Origin: a virus
DNA: 64,000 nucleotides
IMG/VR virus record: IMGVR_UViG_3300030107_006047
Span: 1 to 64,000 of that record
Reading direction: 5' to 3' (one strand)
Every line of letters begins with the position of its first letter. Positions within the stretch are counted from its first letter, which is position 1. A program made the position numbers and the translations under genes. Below the pieces are notes generated by a model. It was given only the letters and a program-made list of their open reading frames with translations, searched no databases and was not told where the DNA came from. This document shows positions 56,848 to 64,000 of this stretch, in pieces.

Positions 56848-57152
56848 TGCCCACCCCCAAGGATTTGGTCGGAGAGTTGTTTCATCTTGCTCATCATTTC
56901 CATGATGGACTCCTCCTCTTCTTCTTCCTCTTCTTCGATGGGCCAAGCACCAGCCTTCATGTCCTCGCGGAACTTCTGCTGGGCCTCGGCAAGCTCCTCA
57001 GCAGTGAACAAGCGGGCATCCTTCCCCTTGTAATGGTGAGAGATGTAGCCCAAGAACTCATCCGCCTCGTCGGCGTCGTCGAACAGTGGGCCAAAGACTA
57101 CGTTGGCGGTTGTGCAGACAAGCACTGCACCTTCTCTTGCTTCGACACCCAT
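56844..57152 (-). CDS. Acidic hypothetical protein
   Basis: LVCTTANVVFGPLF and a poly-Glu tract. GGAGG SD. Confidence 0.6.
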   Translation of the reverse strand: MGVEAREGAVLVCTTANVVFGPLFDDADEADEFLGYISHHYKGKDARLFTAEELAEAQQKFREDMKAGAWPIEEEEEEEEESIMEMMSKMKQLSDQILGGGQ

Positions 57153-57478
57153 TACTCACCTCCCTTATAGAAGTCCTTCTCGAACTCGGCGACAGCTTCC
57201 TCTGCCTGGGCTCTCATGTTCTCAATGCGGATCTCTTCTTGAGGAACGAACACATGGGTGTATTCTCCCCCGCCGAGATACCCGGATGTGTGGGCCAGCC
57301 CGTCAAGGCTCCGGTCCATTTTCCGCATCAGGGCTACTGCTGCTTTCCTGTGGTTGCCCGTAGCGTTGAGCGAGTGATCAAAGGGTGTGGCCTTGTACAC
57401 TCCGTCAGGTCCTGTCGCTACGATTCTGGAGCCACTGCTGTTTGTGGGTCCTCTATACTTTGTCTTAATTCCAAACAT
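57152..57478 (-). CDS. Conserved-looking early phage protein
   Basis: IKTKYRGPTNSSGSRIVA...NHRKAAVAL...YTHVF. Confidence 0.7.
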   Translation of the reverse strand: MFGIKTKYRGPTNSSGSRIVATGPDGVYKATPFDHSLNATGNHRKAAVALMRKMDRSLDGLAHTSGYLGGGEYTHVFVPQEEIRIENMRAQAEEAVAEFEKDFYKGGE

Positions 57479-57611
57479 TGTTCTCTCGGTGTTTGTTGTT
57501 TGTTGCTGGCTCTCTCAACCAACACTTAGTGTATACACCTGTTGTGTGTTGTCATTCAACAACAAAATGCACACACCCTCATCTCTTGACATCTCGTTGA
57601 CATTTACTTGC

Positions 57612-57731
57612 TCAGTCTCTCATCGAGATGGCGAAAGCGATCACAGCTACAATAAGAAAACCCCAAGCAATTACATCTACATAGATGTGCCCTTGGCTTG
57701 GTTGGTCAATGGTTTGGTACTGTATCTTCAT
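57612..57731 (-). CDS. 39-aa single-transmembrane peptide (not in the ORF track)
   Basis: Hand translation MKIQYQTIDQPSQGHIYVDVIAWGFLIVAVIAFAISMRD. SD is weak. Confidence 0.4.
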   Translation of the reverse strand: MKIQYQTIDQPSQGHIYVDVIAWGFLIVAVIAFAISMRD

Positions 57732-57867
57732 GTCATGCTCTATCGGGAAAGGTGCCCCCCTCCCCTTCAACGATCGAGAAAAAGGGGAGGAGGACTGGAG
57801 GTAACCACTCCTCCCTCATTGTGTATACGGGCAAAGGGTAAATTAATTTCCAGAAGGATAAAAGATT

Positions 57868-58011
57868 TTATCTCTCCAGCTCCTTTGCCATAAAGGCCCA
57901 GACCCTATCCAAGAACTCTTGGCTCGTGATTCCTATCGGAGGTGGGGTGTCGTCTTCACATTGTTGTGTAGTGCTGTCTTCTCTTCTCTCTTGTTTGCCT
58001 TCATTCATCAT
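57868..58011 (-). CDS. 47-aa hypothetical peptide (not in the ORF track)
   Basis: Hand translation MMNEGKQ...FLDRVWAFMAKELER. CA-rich leader plus AGAGG SD. Confidence 0.5.
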   Translation of the reverse strand: MMNEGKQERREDSTTQQCEDDTPPPIGITSQEFLDRVWAFMAKELER

Positions 58012-58171
58012 GACGACCTCTTTGTTTGTTGTTGTTTGTAGTCAAGGGATGACTCCCTCAACAGTAGTACTGGTGTAGTAGTCACCGAGCGTGACAAACT
58101 TTCTCAACTTTCTCTTCACTTACTACTACGATTGGCAACCAGAAAAGTTAACCTCCCGACTAAAAAAAGTT

Positions 58172-58861
58172 TTATTCTTCAGTGGTTTCAACAACTTGCA
58201 AGTGGCTCGCATCATCCAGGTGTTCTGGCACAGGCTCTTCATCATCGAAGAAGATGTCCTCCTCTTCTGCCCATGGGTCTTCACCGATAGCTTGTTCGAC
58301 ATCATCAGGGCTCGACGTGTCAAGCACAGTGATCTCCGCATCCTTTGCGAACTCCCATCCGGCTGGCGGATACCACCTGTAGCGTCGCACCCTTTGGATC
58401 ATAGAGCGTCGTCTCTTCCAGCCGAGAGACTCCATCACGGTTGCGAGCTTCATCTCTCCGGCTCTGCCTGACCAGTCAAGGCCCAACTCTTCTGACTCGT
58501 TGACCTCGGAGAGGATGTCTGCGCTTGAGATACCGATGTGTCTCTTGCGGAGCTTGGCTCGAAGCCTGTCTGCGAACTCTTCATCCACCTGTCGCACGTC
58601 TTGTACCATGTCCATCTGAGGCACAGCAGCCAACACACCGGAGTACAGCTCAAACTCGGACGGCGTGATGCCGTAGCGCCCAGTCAGGTAGACCAGCAGG
58701 GATGCCATCTCAGCTTTCCCGGCTTTGGTTGTGCCTGTGTAGATAGTCCCAGAAGGACTCGCGGTGTACTTCCCTGCCAGCTTCTCGTCATGGCGTAGCG
58801 CCAAGAAGACAGCGTGTGATCCGTTCCCTGCCTCAATAGCTTTTCTCGTTTGTTCTTTCAT
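58172..58861 (-). CDS. VapE paralogue lacking the ATPase domain (N-terminal domain + C-terminal winged-helix-like domain + acidic tail)
   Basis: Direct by-eye similarity to both ends of 48264-49583 (see findings). Confidence 0.7.
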   Translation of the reverse strand: MKEQTRKAIEAGNGSHAVFLALRHDEKLAGKYTASPSGTIYTGTTKAGKAEMASLLVYLTGRYGITPSEFELYSGVLAAVPQMDMVQDVRQVDEEFADRLRAKLRKRHIGISSADILSEVNESEELGLDWSGRAGEMKLATVMESLGWKRRRSMIQRVRRYRWYPPAGWEFAKDAEITVLDTSSPDDVEQAIGEDPWAEEEDIFFDDEEPVPEHLDDASHLQVVETTEE

Positions 58862-59059
58862 TGTCCTGGCCTCCTTGTGCCTGGTTGGGTGGTGTTAGGT
58901 GTGTTCAGGGTATCCGAAAGGATCCAGTTAGGCAACTGCCTCCACGGTGACACACCGTCATTAGCGGGTGACCAAGAGGTTACCATTGGGCAAGTATTGA
59001 TACTGTCAGTAGCACTTCTGCCCATATGGGTGGCAGCACTGCCTACACCTTGGATTGCA

Positions 59060-59255
59060 AAAACTTCTGTGGTTACAGGTACTTGGCGCAGCCGGTTAGC
59101 CTTCCTAACCTTATTCCTTATCTTTACTCCCCCCCCTATATAAAAAACCATAGAGAAAACAACAGGGGCAAATACCCCCCCTATATGTCTATAGGGTTTT
59201 AGGCGTGCCAGGTGGGGCAGAGGGTATAAAGTGCAGTGATTACAATACATTAGCT
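59060..59255. other. Candidate replication origin
   Basis: CCCCCCTATAT twice around an A-rich core, an imperfect inverted pair AAAACCATAG/CTATAGGGTTTT, and two flanking TTACAR-N4-TTR sites. Confidence 0.35.
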
Positions 59256-59265
59256 ACTGGATAAC

Positions 59266-59694
59266 CTATGGATTTCTCATCCAGGGTGTGGGTACAAGGG
59301 TTCCATTGGGAAACATGAGGATGATCACCTCAGGACCCTTTCTTTTCAGCCATCTACGGCTAATGCCAGAGGCCCAACGATGTGGAATAGATGCCGAGTA
59401 CTTGGGTGTGACGTGAAGGTCTAATAGGTACGATGCAACCACCGTCTGACTCTCTCCAACCGCCTTGCAGAAGGTGCCAAAGCGACCAGGCCAACCGTTG
59501 GTATCCTCGATGCGCTTGAACATCAGCCAAAGACGAACACAGCATGCATGCACCTCGTCTCCATTGCTCTCACGACAGCTGGAAGACTCGATCTCTTTGA
59601 TGTACGCTCGCAATTCACGTCGTGTCATCTTCACAGATGAGGACGGAAGGAGGTAGGATGTCTGAGATGCTGAGGCGATTTGATCGGACGACAT
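59266..59694 (-). CDS. Hypothetical protein
   Basis: 142-aa ORF on the early strand. No recognisable family. Confidence 0.5.
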   Translation of the reverse strand: MSSDQIASASQTSYLLPSSSVKMTRRELRAYIKEIESSSCRESNGDEVHACCVRLWLMFKRIEDTNGWPGRFGTFCKAVGESQTVVASYLLDLHVTPKYSASIPHRWASGISRRWLKRKGPEVIILMFPNGTLVPTPWMRNP

Positions 59695-60024
59695 GAGGCT
59701 TGAGTTATTTGGATTATTTGGATATTTTGGAGATAATAGGGTCGGTAAAGCCTCCCGCTTCGCAGGAAAGGATACCGTGGGTTGATGAGGTAAAAATGAA
59801 GCGTGGGTATTGGTGGCGGGCGGCCATCGAAAGGGTGTACCCCATATTGATAGACCAGCTGTACCTACAACGCCTCGGAAACACTAAGAAAAACAATAAG
59901 TTACGCATCCAGGCTCGTAAAAACCCAACCGGCAACCCGAAGTCAGACACCAAGGGCCCAAAGCTACCGAACGTTAGGTTACTCCGGCTCCGTGCGAGAG
60001 ACGAATAGCCCCCGAAAAACTGAA

Positions 60025-60170
60025 GGCGCGACTCGGTACGCTCCCCGACAAGTGCTTGTGATGTGTTGCCCATGCTCACCAGTATAACCTGGCGCGATCT
60101 GGTACGGCCCCGAACATTCAAGGGGGCGCGACTCGGTACGGCCCAAGACGTAAAGGCGCGATCTGGTTCG
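60025..60170 (+). repeat. Cluster A of a 16-bp dispersed repeat (4 copies)
   Basis: GGCGCGACTCGGTACG (60025, 60125), GGCGCGATCTGGTACG (60091), GGCGCGATCTGGTTCG (60155). Confidence 0.9.
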
Positions 60171-60289
60171 ACGATAGACATGGTGAGCTGTTCCCGCGTT
60201 TGAAGTTGGAAGGGGGGCATGACCGGAGACCAATCACAGCCATGCCCCGGAGTCCGGCGGGCATGATTCCACCGGACCCCTCAACCAAC

Positions 60290-60634
60290 TCAGTTGTTCT
60301 CGTCGTATTGCTTGGCAAAGCCACGGGCGATGCACAACAGTGCTTCCATGGGTGTCACTCTTTCGCTGAAGGGCTTCGTCTTGTCCCAATGCCAGTCGAT
60401 GTACGGGTTCTCTTGGTAGGCATCCCACTTCGCTTGGCTCAAGATGATGCACGACCACCCATCATACCCTGGCGCAGTGATTTGAAACTTCTCCTTGTGC
60501 GCTTTGGGAAAGGTGAACACCGCACCTGAGTCCTTGTAGGTGTAGCTGTTGCCGATGCGTGTCATCTGAAGCTTGGACTTCTTGAACCCGATCTTCTTGA
60601 ATGCTGCTGCCATCTGTCGATTAGTCATTTCCAT
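60290..60634 (-). CDS. Early hypothetical protein
   Basis: GGAG SD preceded by a GAAA hairpin. Confidence 0.65.
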   Translation of the reverse strand: MEMTNRQMAAAFKKIGFKKSKLQMTRIGNSYTYKDSGAVFTFPKAHKEKFQITAPGYDGWSCIILSQAKWDAYQENPYIDWHWDKTKPFSERVTPMEALLCIARGFAKQYDENN

Positions 60635-60647
60635 TTGTCTCTCCAGT

Positions 60648-60665
60648 GCCCCCCTTTCGGGGGGC
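60648..60665 (-). promoter_or_regulatory. GNRA-tetraloop hairpin upstream of the SD
   Basis: GCCCCCC-GAAA-GGGGGGC. Confidence 0.7.
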
Positions 60666-60686
60666 GGTTTGTTTGTTGCTCTCAGA

Positions 60687-61118
60687 CTACCCGTGGGAAT
60701 ACGTCTGCGTCTCAGTGTTGAAGCTCAGCTTCCGGTGCCGCTGGGCGTAGTCATCTTCCGCACGAATGATGGCCGGTGTGCCGTGGCGATGGTCGTCTCT
60801 CTTGTTGTGGTAGTTACCGCCACCGCATCCATTGTGATCTGCGTTGTACATCCAGGTGACATACTCATCACCGAACTTGGCCATCACAGTGAACAGGTAG
60901 TGGTCACCAGGGTGGAACGAGTACGCCTTGATAGCGTAAAGCGTTGCTCCGTTGCTCAGCTTCTCGCCGAACTTGGGAAGCTCCCACCGCGTTTGCTTCT
61001 TGGCCAGAATCTCGAGTGCTTTGCTCACTTGGGCTTGGCTAAGAGTCCCGGTCATCGTTGCGTGCAACTGGCCCTCCTGTCTGTTGATGTCGGCGATTGT
61101 CTCGTGTGTTGTCTTCAT
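60687..61118 (-). CDS. Early hypothetical protein
   Basis: AAGGAG SD before MKTTHE. YVTW...GGNYH...AEDDYAQR segment. Confidence 0.65.
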   Translation of the reverse strand: MKTTHETIADINRQEGQLHATMTGTLSQAQVSKALEILAKKQTRWELPKFGEKLSNGATLYAIKAYSFHPGDHYLFTVMAKFGDEYVTWMYNADHNGCGGGNYHNKRDDHRHGTPAIIRAEDDYAQRHRKLSFNTETQTYSHG

Positions 61119-61222
61119 GGTCTCTCCTTGGTTGAAGATGTGGTGGGCCGAATGCCTAACCACATAGGTCAGGTAACTGGTGGTAGGACATCCGGCCAGA
61201 AAATAGATGAGAAAGTTTTGGG

Positions 61223-61356
61223 GGCGCGATCTGGTCCGGGCCCAGACGCTACCCGGTTCGTGCCCCGACGCTATCAGGTACGCACCCAGACAGGCGCGAT
61301 CTGGTACGACGGCAGACGCTATCCGGTTCGTGTGCATACAGGCGCGACTCGGCACG
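61223..61356 (+). repeat. Cluster B of the 16-bp dispersed repeat (6 copies)
   Basis: Copies start at 61223, 61245, 61267, 61293, 61315 and 61341, with GGCGCGA- and GACGCTA- variants. Confidence 0.9.
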
Positions 61357-61368
61357 ACGGCAGACGGA

Positions 61369-61539
61369 TCACCAGATGGCGATCACGTCTATACCACTGT
61401 TGTGGAATCGGGCCGCCCGCTCTGCCCCCTTCCTGGTTTCCCAGCTACCCGGCATCTTATCGACCGGCTCGCCGGACTTGGGGTATCCCCACCCGATACC
61501 CCACGATCCGTCTTTCTTTTGGTATGCAAAGCACTCCAT
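61369..61539 (-). CDS. Small early protein (56 aa)
   Basis: AAGGAG SD before MECFAYQ. Confidence 0.6.
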   Translation of the reverse strand: MECFAYQKKDGSWGIGWGYPKSGEPVDKMPGSWETRKGAERAARFHNSGIDVIAIW

Positions 61540-61553
61540 GGTGCTCTCCTTTA

Positions 61554-61569
61554 GGGGGCTTGCGCCCCC
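61554..61569 (-). promoter_or_regulatory. GNRA-tetraloop hairpin upstream of the SD
   Basis: GGGGGC-GCAA-GCCCCC followed by TAAAGGAG. Confidence 0.7.
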
Positions 61570-61585
61570 GTCTGGTTTGGTTTGG

Positions 61586-61876
61586 TTAGGGTGTGTAGCG
61601 AAACATCCTACGGACATGGGATGTCCCATTGGTGTGGCTCTCTACCCACTGAGCGCGAAAGCCATACTTTTTTTCAAATGCATCTAAGAAAGTCCCCGCA
61701 TCCATGTCCCCTTCCAAGTAGGCAATGGTCTTGTGCTTGTTCGTGTAAGAGTAGGGGGTGATCTTCTCTTGAATGCCAAGGTCCTTCAGTGCATTGAAGG
61801 GTACCGCAAGCCATTCGTGGCCAGGGTCAGCATAGAAGATCAGCGCCATTGTGTGAGGGTCGAAAGGTTTAGCCAT
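61586..61876 (-). CDS. Conserved-looking early phage protein
   Basis: FYADPGHEWLAVP...ITPYSY...AYLEGDMDAGTFL. Confidence 0.7.
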   Translation of the reverse strand: MAKPFDPHTMALIFYADPGHEWLAVPFNALKDLGIQEKITPYSYTNKHKTIAYLEGDMDAGTFLDAFEKKYGFRAQWVESHTNGTSHVRRMFRYTP

Positions 61877-61890
61877 TGTCTTGTCCTTTA

Positions 61891-61906
61891 GGGGGCTTGC
61901 GCCCCC
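61891..61906 (-). promoter_or_regulatory. GNRA-tetraloop hairpin upstream of the SD
   Basis: Identical to the 61554 element over 25 nt. Confidence 0.7.
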
Positions 61907-61920
61907 GTTAGGTTTGTTTG

Positions 61921-62703
61921 TTAGATTGCGAGGCCCTGGTGCCAGTCGGTAGGCTCAGCGAGGCCAGCCCGCCATAGTCGGTACCGCTTCTCCAGTGACC
62001 CGTGAACGTTGATCGCTCTTGACGGACGACCCGATCCCTTTCGGGTACCGTCGCACTGTGCGCAGCGCTGACAGTCTAGGATCTTCCCCATTTCTTCCGA
62101 TGCAGGACAGCCCCGTTCGAATGGTAGAAGGGGCTCCTCTGCTAGCTTGACTCGAAAGGTACGCCATCCCAACGCATGCGCCCTGATCGTATCCCATGGG
62201 GTCTCTGTTGAGGCCATCACAAACGGGGCCCACATTGACGCGTCAAGGTCTCGCCACCTGTGATCGTATCCTGTGATCGTCTCAGCACCTTTTGTGTGGT
62301 GCCCCCAGATCCCAACGGGTACCGCTGAGGGATTACCATACGCACCTAGCCTGAGGTCTCTATCGATGGCGATAGGCTGTAACTGGTGATCGTATCCGCC
62401 CCGATGGTATGCCTTCCAGATAGCTAGCGGGGCTTGGTATCCGATGACATAGCATGCGCCACCTAGCGACGGTCTATGAATGCAACCGCCACAGACGGAC
62501 TCATCTGCTCCATTCTTGATCGCTACATGGGGCGCAATGTCTGTGCGCATGATCCAGGTTTGGATCATCCCCTTCCGATTCGAATCGGATAGCTTTTTGT
62601 TTTTCGTTTTGCGCTTGAGCCCGGTCGCGACGCACACAATAGGTGCCCCGTCGATCTGGCTTGCTCCTTCCCATAAAATTCTACCGTCTGCCATTTTTAT
62701 CAT
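61921..62703 (-). CDS. GP88-like Cys-rich protein (radical-SAM-related fold suspected)
   Basis: VCGGC.HR.....CYV, RLGAYGNP, TGY.H.W, MAST, CPAS.......CQRCAQC. Confidence 0.6.
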   Translation of the reverse strand: MIKMADGRILWEGASQIDGAPIVCVATGLKRKTKNKKLSDSNRKGMIQTWIMRTDIAPHVAIKNGADESVCGGCIHRPSLGGACYVIGYQAPLAIWKAYHRGGYDHQLQPIAIDRDLRLGAYGNPSAVPVGIWGHHTKGAETITGYDHRWRDLDASMWAPFVMASTETPWDTIRAHALGWRTFRVKLAEEPLLPFERGCPASEEMGKILDCQRCAQCDGTRKGSGRPSRAINVHGSLEKRYRLWRAGLAEPTDWHQGLAI

Positions 62704-62738
62704 GCTCCTAAGGGTCTCTAGTCGTTATGACTATCTTT

Positions 62739-62767
62739 ACCTTATAGAGGTTAGGCAGGCTAGGCAA
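62739..62767 (-). promoter_or_regulatory. Putative sigma70-type early promoter
   Basis: Minus strand reads TTGCCT-17 nt-TAAGGT, upstream of the AGGAG SD of 62703. Confidence 0.45.
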
Positions 62768-62803
62768 TAGGTAGACTGATCCCTTGACAAGCCCTTGACA
62801 TAT

Positions 62804-62882
62804 GGCGCGATCTGGTACGTGCCCACACAAGAACAGGCGCGATCTGGTTCGCACCCAAACAGACGGGGCGCGATCTGGTTCG
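62804..62882 (+). repeat. Cluster C of the 16-bp dispersed repeat (3 copies)
   Basis: GGCGCGATCTGGT(A/T)CG at 62804, 62836 and 62867. Confidence 0.9.
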
Positions 62883-63047
62883 CACCCGGACGATAGGTGA
62901 AAGGCTACATACACAAGTAAGCCCGGCCATCTGTGCACGATGACCGGGCCGCCTCTGTTGTTTGTTCCGTATCTTAGGTGACTGATAGCGTATTAGGGAG
63001 CGACCCCAATAGGTACCAGTCAAACCCGGTCAACACACAACAGCGCT

Positions 63048-63341
63048 TTACTTTTTGAACAGTTCGCGCCCGTCCACGATCTCTAACGTCAAGCCGTTAG
63101 GGGTCAAGACCTCAGCTTCGAACCGCACAAGGTCTGCCTTGTCGTAGCACTTGCTACAATAAAACGATACCTTCGCGGGTTCCTTTCCTTTCCAGATTGT
63201 GATCTCAACGGCCCGCTTACAGTCAAGAACAGCTCGACACTGGCCGACATAACAGAATGTTTGGTGTCCTACTGCGCTTTTGAACCATTCCTTTTTCATC
63301 TCTTTTTGGACGGCGTCTAACACTGGTTCGTTCTCTAACAT
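63048..63341 (-). CDS. Small Cys-containing early protein
   Basis: FCYVGQC..VLDC...YCSKC. AAGGGA SD. Confidence 0.6.
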   Translation of the reverse strand: MLENEPVLDAVQKEMKKEWFKSAVGHQTFCYVGQCRAVLDCKRAVEITIWKGKEPAKVSFYCSKCYDKADLVRFEAEVLTPNGLTLEIVDGRELFKK

Positions 63342-63405
63342 TGGTTCGTTCCCTTACACTAAGGCCGGGCCCCTTGCGAGACCCGGCCAGTGGAGTAGTC
63401 AAGCT

Positions 63406-63978
63406 TTACGCTTGACCTGACATGATGTGGATATCCTGCGGACGATAGACTTGTTTGTTGTAGACGAACCGATCCCATGTACCGGGTGCCATAGTGAACC
63501 GCCGGAAGTGTTTGATCCGGTCGCACTTGAATTCGATCCACTCTCGGATCTTAGTCTCTACTGCTTTAGTGCGTGGCTTGTATTCACCGGGTGTCACGAC
63601 CCACTTGTCAACGTGTAGCCCCGTGATGTACAGCTTGCCGCCTGTCTCTACCAGTCGGCCCTTATCATCCACCGGGACGAAGGGTGACTGTTGAGGTCCG
63701 GCTTGCCGCTTTGCATAGGCAGCCCGCACCCGATCCAATACGGCGGTCGCTTGTTCGATACTGGTACAGTCGGGGCAGTTCGCCAGAATAGTAGCCGGGT
63801 CGATCTGTTTAGCCGCTACGATAGCCCGGCCCAACAGATCCATATAGCTGAAGCCTACCTGGATCTTGCGGTTCGTTACCTCGCCGCTTGATTTAGAGAC
63901 GTGACCATATAGCCACGCGAACTGGCCGCCGCCCGATTGTGACAGCGCTTGAATGAATGAAGGAAAGTTACTTTGCAT
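63406..63978 (-). CDS. Early hypothetical protein
   Basis: AGGAG SD, 190 aa. Confidence 0.65.
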   Translation of the reverse strand: MQSNFPSFIQALSQSGGGQFAWLYGHVSKSSGEVTNRKIQVGFSYMDLLGRAIVAAKQIDPATILANCPDCTSIEQATAVLDRVRAAYAKRQAGPQQSPFVPVDDKGRLVETGGKLYITGLHVDKWVVTPGEYKPRTKAVETKIREWIEFKCDRIKHFRRFTMAPGTWDRFVYNKQVYRPQDIHIMSGQA

Positions 63979-64000
63979 GTCGCTTACTCCTAAGCATGTC

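Noticed and set aside
58858-59250. 130-aa minus-strand ORF across the origin-like tract
   Set aside because: No SD and an implausible composition. The DNA symmetry is better explained as a cis element, though coding cannot be fully excluded.
60573-61589. 338-aa plus-strand ORF
   Set aside because: It is antisense to SD-supported minus-strand genes, runs through repeat cluster B and has no protein-like motifs.
60025-62882. 16-bp repeat clusters as a CRISPR or mini-CRISPR array
   Set aside because: Repeats are too short and degenerate, most gaps are only 6-18 nt and similar to each other, and no cas genes are present.
60025-62882. TGGTACG within the repeat as a sigma54 -24 box
   Set aside because: No TTGC -12 element at the required spacing, and the orientation is opposite to the local genes.
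1-64000. Alternative genetic code, diversity-generating retroelement, introns or inteins
   Set aside because: Genes are full length in the standard code and use all three stops. No reverse transcriptase, template/variable repeat pair or intein motif was seen in terL, the helicases or the primase.

Overview
The window is a ~64 kb segment of a tailed dsDNA bacteriophage with podovirus-like architecture. No tape measure, sheath, integrase or DNA polymerase is visible. The + strand (1-44.4 kb) is the late region: a large multi-domain protein, probable small and large terminase, portal, FmdB-type zinc ribbon, scaffold, major capsid, decoration protein, adaptor and nozzle, then about 18 kb of putative ejected proteins. 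These include a 3491-aa protein with two HExxH motifs and a LysM domain. Fibre and small virion proteins, holin-like peptides, a tandem DUF2589-like pair and an endolysin follow. The - strand (44.5-64 kb) carries RecT, a YqaJ exonuclease, a VapE-type helicase, a zinc-finger/TOPRIM primase, tRNA-Asn(GTT), an adenine methyltransferase, SSB, an SF2 helicase, DUF2786, a GP88-like protein and many small early genes. The most notable observations are: (1) 13 co-oriented copies of a 16-bp non-coding motif in three intergenic clusters; (2) a VapE paralogue lacking the whole ATPase core, next to an origin-like tract; (3) a DUF2589-like pair inside the late/lysis region; (4) a repeated CA-rich + GNRA hairpin + SD leader on early genes; (5) GNAT-, ADP-ribosyltransferase- and zincin-like domains on putative injected proteins. 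All family calls come from motif recognition by eye, not database searches.
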